Positions 29,564-40,687 of a DNA stretch of 64,000 bases are shown in pieces (position 1 is the stretch's first letter; the number at the start of each line of letters is the position of its first letter). The position numbers were made by a program, and so were the translations under genes. The notes below the pieces were generated by a model. The model saw only the letters and a list, made by a program, of their open reading frames with translations, was not told where the DNA came from and searched no databases. The stretch comes from Deltaproteobacteria bacterium (lineage in GTDB: Bacteria > Myxococcota_A > Polyangia > Haliangiales > JADYYK01), in assembly GCA_020853705.1 (NCBI GenBank), contig JADYYK010000079.1:18572-82571 (forward strand), written 5' to 3'.

Positions 29564-30181
29564 CTACTTGCCCTTGCCCTTGGCGGGCGGGGCCGGCGGC
29601 GCGCCGAACAGGTTCTGGCCGCACCACACCAGCAGGCCGCGGCTGTTGCGGAAGCCGGTGATGGTGTCGTAGCCGAACTGGCCGCTGACCACGACCTCTT
29701 CCCCGATGTTGGGCTGCACCGGCGGGGGCAGGGCGGTCAGGTTGCACTCCGGATTGGGCGGCGGCGGCTCCTCCCAGTCACGCAGCTTGCGCGAGTAGTC
29801 GACGATCCAGATCGCCTTCTCGGGCGGATCGTCCGCCTTCTCGGCCAGGTAGTAGTGCGGCCGCTCGCAGGGATCGCACAGCTTCTCCTTGGTCGACCGG
29901 CACTCCCAGATCTCCTTGGGGCAGGTGTAGACCCAGCTGACGACCCCGCGCACGGTCAGGTTCTTCTTCTCGTACTTCTTGCCGTGACGGCGCAGCTCCG
30001 TCACGCTGAGCGAGCCGTCCTCGAAGGTCGCGCGCGCCTCCTCGAAGGCGGGCGGCTCGGGGAGGTCGAGCTTGACGCTTGGCAATTCCTGGACTTTCTG
30101 CTTCTTCTCACAGGCAGAAAGCCCCAGACTGAGGCCCAGGCCAGCGAGCCCACCGAGCAAGAGACGAGCAGAGCGCTTCAT
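29564..30181 (-). CDS. hypothetical Cys-rich lipoprotein
   Basis: Lipobox GLSLGLSAC. Lys-rich mature N-terminus. CPKEIWEC...CDPC cysteines. Good coding composition. Confidence 0.7.
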   Translation of the reverse strand: MKRSARLLLGGLAGLGLSLGLSACEKKQKVQELPSVKLDLPEPPAFEEARATFEDGSLSVTELRRHGKKYEKKNLTVRGVVSWVYTCPKEIWECRSTKEKLCDPCERPHYYLAEKADDPPEKAIWIVDYSRKLRDWEEPPPPNPECNLTALPPPVQPNIGEEVVVSGQFGYDTITGFRNSRGLLVWCGQNLFGAPPAPPAKGKGK

Positions 30182-30278
30182 GGCCCGCGTTCATATCACG
30201 CCGAAAGAATCCCGTAAAGTTCAGTCGTCGGGCGCACTTCGGCGCGCGCTGTGCGCGACCCCGCAATTCGCGGCCAGG

Positions 30279-32138
30279 ATGGGCGTTTGCGTCGGCCTGC
30301 TGACGCTTGCGCTGGCCCTGTCAGGCTGCCCACAAGGCTGCCGTCCACGCCCGCGCACCGACCGCTGGGACGCCAAGCACGAGGCCTACCTGGCCGAGCT
30401 GGCCGCACGCCGCGAGGCCCAGCGCCACGCCGGCGGCGGCGGCGACGCTGGCCCGGTCGATCCCGACCTCCTGCTGGGCGACGACACCACACCGCGCCCC
30501 GAGACCGAGCGCGTCGAGACCCTGGTCATCGCGCTACCCGACGAGCCCACCGGTCTCAACCCCGCCCTCGATCCCGACCTGATGGCCAACGCCATCACCT
30601 TCGGCACCATCTATGAGCCCATCCTGCGCTACCGCAGCGACGCCCCCGCGCAGACCATCAACAGCAGTCCGGCCACCCCGGCCAGCCCGCGCTCCGCGTC
30701 CGGCGCCGCGCCCACCGGCGCCGCCCCACCAGGCGCCCAGCCACCCGCCGCCGATCCCACCACCACGCCCATCGCCACCGCCGGCGTCCTCCCCGGGGTC
30801 TGCGACAACTGGTCCATCGACGTCAGCGGCCGCCGCATCGAGCTGCAGATCCGCGAGGGCGCGCGCTGGCACGACGGCCGCGCGGTCACCTCCAGCGATC
30901 TGCAGTTCACGCTCGACACCCTGCGCGCGGGCGACTCCAGGGCGACCCAGCTACGCACGCTGCTGGCCGACATCGATCGCGTCGAGCTGGCCGGCCCGCG
31001 CCGCATCCGCCTGCTGTACCGCCGCGCGACCTGGTATGCGCTGCGCAACCTGGCCGAGATCCCGGTGCTGCCGCAGCACCTGCTGACCGCCGCCGACGTC
31101 ATGCAGCAGCGCACCTTCCGGCGTCCGATCGGCTCGGGGCCCTGGCGCCTGGTGCGCTGGAAGCGCGGCGAGCAGCTGCTGCTGGCGCGCGCCGACAGCT
31201 ACGATCTGCCCGGCCCCGGCTACCGCTGGCTGGAGTTCGTGTTCGATGGCGACGGCGCCCGCGTGCTGACCCGCGCCAAGCAGGGCGACATCGACATCAT
31301 CGCGCGCGTGCCGCCGTCCTACATCCCGGAACAGATCGCCTCGCCCGCCATCAGCGCCGCCTTCGAGCGTCGCGATCTGGCCCCGCCGCGCTTCCTCTAC
31401 CTGGTGATGAACGTCCGCAAGGGCCGGCTGCTCGAGGACATCCGCATGCGCCGCGCCATCGGCGCCCTCATCGACCGCAAGGCCACCGTCGAGGGCGGCT
31501 ACCAGGGCCGCGCCGTCGCGCTGGCCACCCCGGTGTGGCCCGGCGGTCCCATCTCGGGCCCGCCGGTGGCGCCGCCGCCCGGCCCTGACCTCGGCCTGGC
31601 GCGCCGGCTGCTGGAGTACTCCGACTGGTGGGATCGCGACCGCGACAACTTCCGCGAGCGCCAGGGCACCCGCCTGGCGCTGCGCATGCTGACCGCCAGC
31701 GGTCCGCTGACCCGCGCGGTGACCGAGCAGCTGGTGCCCGCGGCGCGTGAGGTCGGCATGGTGCTGACCGCGGCGCGCGCCGATCCCGCCTTCATCATGG
31801 CCAAGCTGCGCGAGGGCGACTTCGATCTCGCGCTGCTCGAGCTGGGCGGCATCCCCGATCAAGATCTCGGCGCCATCCTGGGCAGCGAGGGCACCCAGAA
31901 CTATGGCGGCGTGGCCGACGCCGAGCTCGACTCCGCGCTGGAGGCGCTGCGCCGCGCCGAGGGCAGCGCCCGCGTCGAGCAGGCCCAGCGCCTGTCGCGC
32001 GTGCTGCTCGAGCGGTTGCCCATCCTGACCCTGGCGCGGCCGACCCCGGTCGCGCTGGTGCGCAAGGGGATCCAGGGCCTCGAGGTGGAGGGCGGGTGGT
32101 TCACGCTGCAGGGCGTGCGACCGGCCCCTGGCCCGTGA
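30279..32138 (+). CDS. ABC transporter substrate-binding lipoprotein, family 5 (Opp/Dpp/Nik-like)
   Basis: Start set at MGVCVGLLTLALALSGC (lipobox); earlier in-frame starts overlap the divergent gene. Family-5-like block IELQIREGARWHDGRAVTSSDLQFTLD. Ala/Pro-rich insert. Confidence 0.8.
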   Translation: MGVCVGLLTLALALSGCPQGCRPRPRTDRWDAKHEAYLAELAARREAQRHAGGGGDAGPVDPDLLLGDDTTPRPETERVETLVIALPDEPTGLNPALDPDLMANAITFGTIYEPILRYRSDAPAQTINSSPATPASPRSASGAAPTGAAPPGAQPPAADPTTTPIATAGVLPGVCDNWSIDVSGRRIELQIREGARWHDGRAVTSSDLQFTLDTLRAGDSRATQLRTLLADIDRVELAGPRRIRLLYRRATWYALRNLAEIPVLPQHLLTAADVMQQRTFRRPIGSGPWRLVRWKRGEQLLLARADSYDLPGPGYRWLEFVFDGDGARVLTRAKQGDIDIIARVPPSYIPEQIASPAISAAFERRDLAPPRFLYLVMNVRKGRLLEDIRMRRAIGALIDRKATVEGGYQGRAVALATPVWPGGPISGPPVAPPPGPDLGLARRLLEYSDWWDRDRDNFRERQGTRLALRMLTASGPLTRAVTEQLVPAAREVGMVLTAARADPAFIMAKLREGDFDLALLELGGIPDQDLGAILGSEGTQNYGGVADAELDSALEALRRAEGSARVEQAQRLSRVLLERLPILTLARPTPVALVRKGIQGLEVEGGWFTLQGVRPAPGP

Positions 32139-33774
32139 CGCGCGCGCGGCGGCCCAGGCCCCTGTGGCTGCTGGGGCTGCTGGTGCTGTCGGCCCCGGCC
32201 TGCTTCCAGCGCGGCAAGAAGCGCGCGCCGCCACCCGACGCCGGCGCCGTCAGCGCGAGCCCGAACACGCTGGACGCCGGCAGCAGCGCCAGCGCCGCGC
32301 TGCCCCCGCTGCCGCCCGCGCCCGAGCAGGGCCCACCGCGTCCCGGCGGCGAGGCCACGCTGTACCTCGAGGTCGAGCCGGCGCACCTCAACCCCTTGCT
32401 GGCCGACGGCATCGTGGCGCGCCGGACCGGGCACAACCTCGACGAGGCGCTGCTGCGCCAGGATCCGGTCACCGGCGCCATCGAGCCCTGCCTGGCCGAC
32501 AGCTTCACGCTGTCGCCCGACGGCCGCACCCTGGAGCTGACGCTGCGCGACGGCGTGCGCTGGCACGACGGCCGTCCGCTGACGCTGCGCGACGTGGTCT
32601 TCACGCTGAAGCTGGCGGCGCGCAAGGACGGGCCCGCCGCCGCCTGGGCCGCCGATCTCGAGGGCCTCACGCTGACCGAGCTCGGCCCGCGCCGCCTGCG
32701 CCTGGGCTTCGCGCGGGCCCAGTTCTCGCGTCTGGCCAGCCTGGCGCACCTCATGATCCTGCCCGCGCACGTGTTCGCGCGCGGCGACTTCACGGCCCAC
32801 CCCGCGGCGCGCGCGCCGGTCGGCACTGGTCCCTTCGAGCTGGCGTCGTGGAGCGCGGGTCGCATCCGCCTCGAGCGCAACTCGCGCTACTGGGGCCGCG
32901 CGCCCTGGCTGGACGCGGTGACCTACCGCGTGGTCGCCGATCGCGCCCAGGCCGTCGAGCTGGCGCGCGCCGGTGAGCTCGATCTCATCTGGCACCTGCC
33001 CGCCGACGACGCCGCCGCGCTGGTCGACGACAGCGCGGTGCAGAGCGGCGCGCTGCGCCTGCAGCGCTACGCCCCCCCGCAGCTGCTCGCCGTGGTGTGG
33101 AACTGTCGCCGGCCGGCGCTGGCCAGCGCGGCGGTGCGCCAGGCGCTGGATCGCGCCATCGATCGCCGCGGTGTGGTCGCGGCGCTGGCGGGGCGCGCGT
33201 GGCCGATCGCGGGGCCGTTCTTGCCTGGCACCCCGGCATGGACGCCACCGCCCGCGGTGGACGCCGCCGCCGCGCGCGCGCTGCTGGCCGACGCCGGCGT
33301 GCCCGGCACCATCACGTTGCTGACCCCGGCCGGCTCGCGCACCGCGCCGCCGGTGGCCGCGCTGCTGCGCGACGATCTGGCCCAGGTCGGGGTCACCCTG
33401 GCGCTGCGCGAGGTGCCCTGGGGCGATCTGCTGGCCGCCCTGGCCGCGCGCGACTTCGACGCCGCCCTCCTGGTCGAGCAGAGCGGCCTCGAGCCCGACC
33501 TCTACCCCATGCTGCATGGCAGCCAGTCTGCCGCCGGTGACAACCGCGGCGGCTGCTCCAGCCCCGCGGTCGACGCCACCCTGGAGGCCATCCGCGCCGA
33601 GGCCGACCCGGACCGTCGCCTGGCGCTCGAGCGCACCCTGGTCGGCCAGCTCGCCACCCTGGTCCCGCTGAGCTACCTGGCGGTCGACGCGCGCACCGCG
33701 CTGATCGCTCGGCGCCTCGCCGGAGCGCGCCCGACCCTGGAGTGGTTCTGGCCCCGCGACATGTGGATCGCGCC

Positions 33775-33778
<4 letters not shown>
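32135..33778 (+). CDS. second family-5 ABC substrate-binding protein
   Basis: GTGA overlap. Signal/lipobox LWLLGLLVLSAPAC. Block LELTLRDGVRWHDGRPLTLRDVVFTL paralogous to the upstream gene. Confidence 0.8.
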
Positions 33779-35447
<1,669 letters not shown>

Positions 35448-35451
<4 letters not shown>

Positions 35452-36467
35452 CCGTCGCCCCCGTCCCCAGCCACGCTCGGGGCGCCGCCCGCCGCGCACG
35501 GCTGAGCCTGGTCATCCTGGGCGCCTTCGCCGCGCTGGCCCTGGCCGCCGACCTCATCGCCAGCGACCTGCCGCTGCTGCTGCACCACCGCGGCCACACC
35601 TATGTGCTGCCCTGCCTGACCCATCCGGCCGCGCTGCGCGGCCTCGACAACCGCGCCCTGGCCGCCACCATGGGCCCCGACGACTGGGCCCTGTTCCCTC
35701 CCATCCGCCAGGGCCCCACCTCCATCGACCGCAGCGCTGACCTGGCCCGCCTGCGCCCGCCTTCGCTGCGCCATCCGCTGGGCACCGACGACGCCGGCCG
35801 CGACGTCGCCGCGCGCTTGCTCCACGGCGCGCGGCGCTCCATCACGCTGGGCCTGCTGGCCGCCGCCATTGCCGCCGGCCTCGGGCTGCTGCTCGGGCTG
35901 CTCGCCACCAGCAGCCGCTGGCTCGACGCCGCGCTGACCCGCACCACCAGCGTCCTCATCGCGCTGCCCGCGCTGCTGCTGCTGCTCAGCGCGCGCGGCC
36001 TGGGCGGCGGCGCCAGCGATCTGCTCGGCCTGGCCCTGGTCATCGGCCTGCTGCGCGCGGCCCAGATCGCCCGCCCGGTGCGCGCCGAGGCGCTGCGCCT
36101 GGCCAGCTCCGACCACCTCACCGCCACCCGCGCCCTGGGCGCCAGCCGGACCCGGCTGGCGCTGCGCCACACCCTGCCGGCCCTGCTGCCCACCGCGCTG
36201 ACCCAGGCCGCGCTGGCCTTCGGCCACGCCGTCGCCCTGGAGGCCACGCTGTCCTTCCTGGGCGCCGGCACGCCACCCCCGAACCCCAGCTGGGGCGAGC
36301 TTCTGCGCCAGGCCCACCTCTACATGTCGCCCTGGCTGATCCTGGCCCCCGGCGTGGCCCTGGCGGTCCTCATCGCCGCGGCCCACAGCCTGGCCCACGC
36401 GCTGGCCCCACCCGTGGTGACCCAGGCCACATCCCGGCGAGATTCCTTAGAACAAACTCCATCCTGA
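35448..36467 (+). CDS. ABC permease (OppC/DppC-like)
   Basis: ATGA overlap. Motif HPLGTDDAGRDVAARLLHGARRSI typical of OppC/DppC N-terminal loops. 6 hydrophobic helices. Confidence 0.85.
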
Positions 36468-36540
36468 TGCGTCTTGCCGCTTAACCGCGGGAGCACCGCA
36501 AGTGTCCGGGCCCCGAAGCGTTCATTCACCGAGGTCCTCA

Positions 36541-37455
36541 ATGCGTGCAGGTCTGGCTCTGTCGCTCGCCACCGTCGCGACCCTCTCCCTGGCCCCCGCC
36601 CTGGCTCACGCTGACGGCGTGGTCGTCATCGGCGGCGGCTTCCGCGCCGGTTTCGGCGTCGGCTACCGCGGCTATCGCAACCCGGCGCGCATCCCGATGC
36701 CCTACCGCGCGCAGCGCTTCTCACGGCCGCCCGCGGGCTGGTACGGCGGCGGCTACGTCTCGGGCTCCATCGGCATCGGCGTCCAGGTCGACTCGGGCCC
36801 CAGCTGTGACTACCCGGTGCCGGCCCCGCCGCCGCCCCCGGTCGCCTGCTGCACCGTGGCGCCCCCGGTCTATTACCCCACCGTGGTCGCCGAGCGTCCC
36901 GCCCGGCGCAACACCATCAGCGGCGGCGCCCGCGTGATCGCCGGCCACACCGGCGACTCGGACGGCCGCGGCGGCGACTTCGGCGGCCTCGGCGGCTATC
37001 TGCGCCTCGACGCCGGCATGAATCTCGGCGTCGAGCTGGCGGTCGATGCCACCGGCACCGAGGACAAGGACCGTGACCTTCAGCGCCGCGATCTGACCCC
37101 GCAGGTCGGCCTGCTGCTGTTCCTCACCGGCGAGCGCGCGCAGCTGCGCCCGTACCTGTCGGCCGGCGCCGGCTACACCATGAGCAAGGTCAGCATCGGC
37201 AGCTCGGTCGACACCTCCGAGGACTATGTCGGCGGTTACGCTGGCATCGGCCTGTCGGCCCGCCTCAGCCGCAGCCTGCGCCTCGACGTCGAGGGCCGCT
37301 ACAATCGCCGCGAGAAGCTGAACCGCCAAGGGAGCGACGACACCCAGATCCTGGCCAGCGGCAGCGCCACCGACAAGGCTGGCACCAGCCTCCCGCTGCT
37401 GCCCGACAGCGAGGAGTCGTCGGAGCTGCGCGTCGGTCTCGCCCTCATCTTCTAG
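36541..37455 (+). CDS. outer-membrane beta-barrel protein (OmpA-barrel/porin-like)
   Basis: Signal peptide MRAGLALSLATVATLSLAPALAHA. Gly/Tyr-rich alternating strands. C-terminal LRVGLALIF ending in Phe. Confidence 0.65.
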   Translation: MRAGLALSLATVATLSLAPALAHADGVVVIGGGFRAGFGVGYRGYRNPARIPMPYRAQRFSRPPAGWYGGGYVSGSIGIGVQVDSGPSCDYPVPAPPPPPVACCTVAPPVYYPTVVAERPARRNTISGGARVIAGHTGDSDGRGGDFGGLGGYLRLDAGMNLGVELAVDATGTEDKDRDLQRRDLTPQVGLLLFLTGERAQLRPYLSAGAGYTMSKVSIGSSVDTSEDYVGGYAGIGLSARLSRSLRLDVEGRYNRREKLNRQGSDDTQILASGSATDKAGTSLPLLPDSEESSELRVGLALIF

Positions 37456-37469
37456 AACCAGAACCAGAG

Positions 37470-37502
37470 CATCTCGGCTCGGCGTACCGGCGAGCCGAGA
37501 TG
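37470..37502 (+). terminator. 12-bp stem hairpin downstream of the OMP gene
   Basis: CATCTCGGCTCG-gcgtaccgg-CGAGCCGAGATG, starting 15 nt after the TAG stop. Confidence 0.5.
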
Positions 37503-37520
37503 TGCGACAATGACGCTGGC

Positions 37521-38438
37521 ATGATCCCCGACCTCGAGCGGCGACGCTTCGTCACCTCCGACGGTACCAGCCTGGCCTACCAGGTGCGCGGCCCGGCCTC
37601 GGCGCCCGCGGTGGTGCTGTCCAACGGCCTCGGCGGCACCTGCGAGGCCTACCGCCACATCTACAAGGCGCTGGGCACTGGCTACCGCATCCTGTCGTGG
37701 GACTACCGCGGCCTGTACGACTCGGCGCGCCCCCGTGATCTGGCCACGCTCGAGATCTCCCAGCAGGCGCGCGATCTCGACGCCCTGCTCGAGCACGAGA
37801 AGATCGATCGCGCGCTGTTCGTGGGCTGGTCGATGGGGGTGCAGGTCAACTTCGAGTACTTCGGCCTGCGTCCGCAGCGCTTCGCCGGGCTGGCCGCCAT
37901 CAACGGCACCTATGGCAGCCCGTTCAACAGCGCGCTGGCCTCGCGCCTGACCCGCTACATCATCCCCGCGGTGTTGCGCCTGATGCAGCGCCAGCACAAG
38001 CTGATCGCGCGCGTGACCACGCGCTCGGTGGCCTGGTCGGGCCTGCTGCCGACGCTGCAGCGCCTGGGCATGGTGTCACCCACCGTCGACACCGAGGTCT
38101 TCCTCGAGCTGTCGCAGGGCTTCTCGGGCATGGACTTCGACGTCTACGCCCGCACCATGCAGGCCCTGGGACGCCACGACGCGCGCCAGGTGCTGGGCAA
38201 TATCCGCGTCCCCACCGCCATCATCACGGGCGACAAGGATCTGCTGACCCCGGTGTTCACGGCCGAGAAGATGGTGCGCCAGATCGCCGGCGCCACCCTC
38301 ACCGTGATCCCGGGCGGCACCCACTACACGCCAGTCGAGTATCCCGCCGTGGTCAACGCCGCGCTCGAGGCGCTGCTGGCGCGCATCCCCAGCCACGCCC
38401 GCACCACGGGCCTCCTGGGCGCCGCCGTCGCCCCGTGA
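37521..38438 (+). CDS. alpha/beta-fold hydrolase
   Basis: Nucleophile elbow GWSMGV, HG-like NGLGG. Start moved to ATG 37521 because 37500 lies inside the terminator hairpin. Confidence 0.8.
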   Translation: MIPDLERRRFVTSDGTSLAYQVRGPASAPAVVLSNGLGGTCEAYRHIYKALGTGYRILSWDYRGLYDSARPRDLATLEISQQARDLDALLEHEKIDRALFVGWSMGVQVNFEYFGLRPQRFAGLAAINGTYGSPFNSALASRLTRYIIPAVLRLMQRQHKLIARVTTRSVAWSGLLPTLQRLGMVSPTVDTEVFLELSQGFSGMDFDVYARTMQALGRHDARQVLGNIRVPTAIITGDKDLLTPVFTAEKMVRQIAGATLTVIPGGTHYTPVEYPAVVNAALEALLARIPSHARTTGLLGAAVAP

Positions 38439-40261
38439 AGCCGAGCAGCGGAAGCGGCAGCAGCACGGCACGCTGCGCCAAGTGTGGCGAGCCCCTGGAG
38501 GCCGCCCACGCGCTGTGCATCCACTGCGGCGAGCCGGTGCCCGGCAACGACGCCGAGCAGCTGCTGGGGCAGAAGCTGCTCGGCACCTACGAGGTGACCT
38601 CGCTGCTGGGCCAGGGCGGCATGTCGCTGGTCTATCGCGGTCGCCACGTCATGACCGAGCAGGCGGTCGCCATCAAGGTGCTGCCGCCCGAGCTGGCGGT
38701 CCACGTCGCGCTCAAGCAGCGCTTCCTCGAGGAGGCCCGCGCGCTGGCCAAGCTCGAGCACCCCAACATCGTGCGCCTGTACAACTTCGGCGAGGATCAC
38801 GGCCGCCTGTGCCTGGTCATGCAGCTGGTCGAGGGTGACACCTTCGAACGCCAGATCATCAAGCACGGCCAGGTCGAGCCCGCCGAGGCCATCCGCGTCA
38901 CCATCGAGGTCCTGAAGGCGCTGGAGTACGCCCACGCCGCCGGCATCGTCCACCGCGACATCAAGCCGTCCAACGTCCTCATCCGCCCCGGCGCCCAGGG
39001 TGAGGTCTATGTCATGGACTTCGGCATCGCCCGCGTGGTGCAGACCTCGCAGCGCCTGACCGAGACCGGCCAGACCATGGGCACGGTGCGCTACATGTCG
39101 CCCGAGCAGGTGCGCGGCCAGGTCGTCGACCAGCGCTCAGATCTCTATTCGCTCGGCATCACGCTGTACGAAGGGCTGGTCGGCGAGACGCCGTTCGAGG
39201 GCGAGACCCACTTCGAGGTCATGTCCAAGCACCTGCAGGAGGCGCCCCGGCCGCCCAGCGAGCACGGCGTCAAGCTGGCGCCCGCGGTCGAGGCGGTCCT
39301 CCTGCGCAGCCTCAAGAAGGATCCCGCCGCGCGCTACCAGGACGCGCGCGACATGCGCCTGGCCTTCGAGGCCGCGCTGCGCGGCGCCGGCCGCGCCGCC
39401 GAGGAGAACCCGACCCAGCCCAGCCCGGCGCTGGAGCGCCCCATCGCCGCCGATCCCATCCCGGCCGCGCCCACCATGGCGCCGACCGCGCCAGGTCGCC
39501 GCCGCCCCGTGGCGCCGCCGACCACCGTCGACTCGCCCAGCGAACCCGGCCTGGCCGCGGCGCTGGAGCCCGAGGGCCTGTCCTCGCCGACGCTGCGGCG
39601 CGGCAAGCGGCGCGGCCCCGCGCTGGCCATCGGCGTCGCGCTGGCCGTGGTCGCCGGCGGGGTCGGTGGCCTGCTGGCGATGCGCGGCCAGAGCAGCGAG
39701 AAGGCCAAGGGCAGGACCCCCGACGCCGCCCTGGTCAATGGCCCCGGCCCGACCGCCTCGCCCGGCAAGCGTCCCGGTCGCCCCACCGGCCGGGTCGAGC
39801 CACACCCGGTCGCGCTCAGCCGCAAGGTGGCCACCGACGTCACGCTGGAGACCCCGGCGCCCCTGCGCGTCATCGCGGGGATCAAGGTGGATCCCGCCAG
39901 GCTGGCCGCTGACCTCGCGCACACCCAGCAGCAGCTCGGCAAGTATCTCGCCGAGCTGTCGCGCCCTGAGGCAAAGACGCTGCGCGCGGTGCCGCTGACC
40001 CTGGCGCTGGTGCCCACGCGCACGCTGTCCCAGCCGGCGCTGTTCCCTGACTTCGACATCGACCCCGCGCGCACCTACGAGAGCCGCTACATCCCCGAGT
40101 CGGCCACCCTGTTCGTGGCCGAGGACGCCGACCTCGACGACGAGCTGGCCTACGGCTTCGCCCTGCACCTGTGCTACCAGTCCTGGCCCACCGAGCTGCG
40201 CGCCATCAAGGAGTGCGCCGGCCTGGCCCAGGGCTACAGCGAGCAGGCCACGAAACCCTGA
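38435..40261 (+). CDS. bitopic Ser/Thr protein kinase with N-terminal zinc ribbon
   Basis: CAKCGEP...CIHCGEP. Hanks motifs GQGGMSLVYRG, AIKVL, HRDIKPSNV, DFGIAR, GTVRYMSPE. TM ALAIGVALAVVAGGVGGLLA. GTGA overlap with the hydrolase. Confidence 0.9.
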   Translation: MKPSSGSGSSTARCAKCGEPLEAAHALCIHCGEPVPGNDAEQLLGQKLLGTYEVTSLLGQGGMSLVYRGRHVMTEQAVAIKVLPPELAVHVALKQRFLEEARALAKLEHPNIVRLYNFGEDHGRLCLVMQLVEGDTFERQIIKHGQVEPAEAIRVTIEVLKALEYAHAAGIVHRDIKPSNVLIRPGAQGEVYVMDFGIARVVQTSQRLTETGQTMGTVRYMSPEQVRGQVVDQRSDLYSLGITLYEGLVGETPFEGETHFEVMSKHLQEAPRPPSEHGVKLAPAVEAVLLRSLKKDPAARYQDARDMRLAFEAALRGAGRAAEENPTQPSPALERPIAADPIPAAPTMAPTAPGRRRPVAPPTTVDSPSEPGLAAALEPEGLSSPTLRRGKRRGPALAIGVALAVVAGGVGGLLAMRGQSSEKAKGRTPDAALVNGPGPTASPGKRPGRPTGRVEPHPVALSRKVATDVTLETPAPLRVIAGIKVDPARLAADLAHTQQQLGKYLAELSRPEAKTLRAVPLTLALVPTRTLSQPALFPDFDIDPARTYESRYIPESATLFVAEDADLDDELAYGFALHLCYQSWPTELRAIKECAGLAQGYSEQATKP

Positions 40262-40309
40262 GTTGCCTGAATCAGGCCCAGAAACCGGCCCAATCTCGTC
40301 CGAAAAACG

Positions 40310-40318
40310 TTATCCACA
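40310..40318 (+). promoter_or_regulatory. perfect DnaA-box 9-mer TTATCCACA
   Basis: Exact match to the canonical DnaA box, inside a 426-nt non-coding region. Confidence 0.4.
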
Positions 40319-40511
40319 GTTTTATCACCGGTTCGCACACCGGCCCTCGCTGGCACATGCGGTGACACCACCCTGATTCACCCCCCCGTCAGCGAATGTC
40401 ACTCAGCGCCCCGCGAACGCGCTGAAATGCAACTGGATTGCCTTTGACGCAGTGGCGTCAACCCACACACAACCTGCATGTAAGCGAACTTCGCGGCTGG
40501 AATTCGGTGCC

Positions 40512-40531
40512 TGTGGATAACCTGTGGGTGA
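40512..40531 (-). promoter_or_regulatory. perfect inverted DnaA box TGTGGATAA plus adjacent 7/9 copy TGTGGGTGA
   Basis: 40512-40520 is the exact reverse complement of TTATCCACA. 40523-40531 differs at 2 positions. Confidence 0.4.
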
Positions 40532-40620
40532 GCGCCAAGAACAGGCAGTCTCCGACACCGAAACCAGCGTTGCTCAAAGACCGTGCAGCAGGCCCCTGTG
40601 AGGCGCGTCCCCGGCATTCC

Positions 40621-40651
40621 TTGACTTGCCCGAAACCCTGGCGCCTATAAT
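40621..40651 (+). promoter_or_regulatory. candidate sigma-70 promoter TTGACT-N19-TATAAT
   Basis: 5/6 match at -35 and 6/6 at -10 (spacer long at 19 nt), ~37 nt upstream of ATG 40688, with an AGGAG SD at ~40675. Confidence 0.4.
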
Positions 40652-40687
40652 CCGGCCGAACCAGTCCCGCTCACAGGAGCGCACGGC

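Noticed and set aside
30072-30278. Upstream in-frame starts (30072, 30180) for the first substrate-binding protein
   Set aside because: They overlap the divergent lipoprotein gene or its start codon. The lipoprotein signal peptide begins at ATG 30279.
40399-40650. Two ~70-codon ORFs (40399..40617 minus, 40438..40650 plus) in the long intergenic region
   Set aside because: By hand count, third-position G+C of the + strand ORF is about two-thirds, versus near-saturation in real genes here. There is no SD, and one starts at a non-ATG codon. More likely non-coding regulatory DNA.
40262-40687. Interpretation of the DnaA-box region as the chromosomal origin oriC
   Set aside because: Only two perfect boxes and one 7/9 box. 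No obvious AT-rich 13-mer unwinding element. No dnaA/dnaN/gyrB/parAB nearby. Kept as a DnaA-related regulatory candidate, not called an origin.
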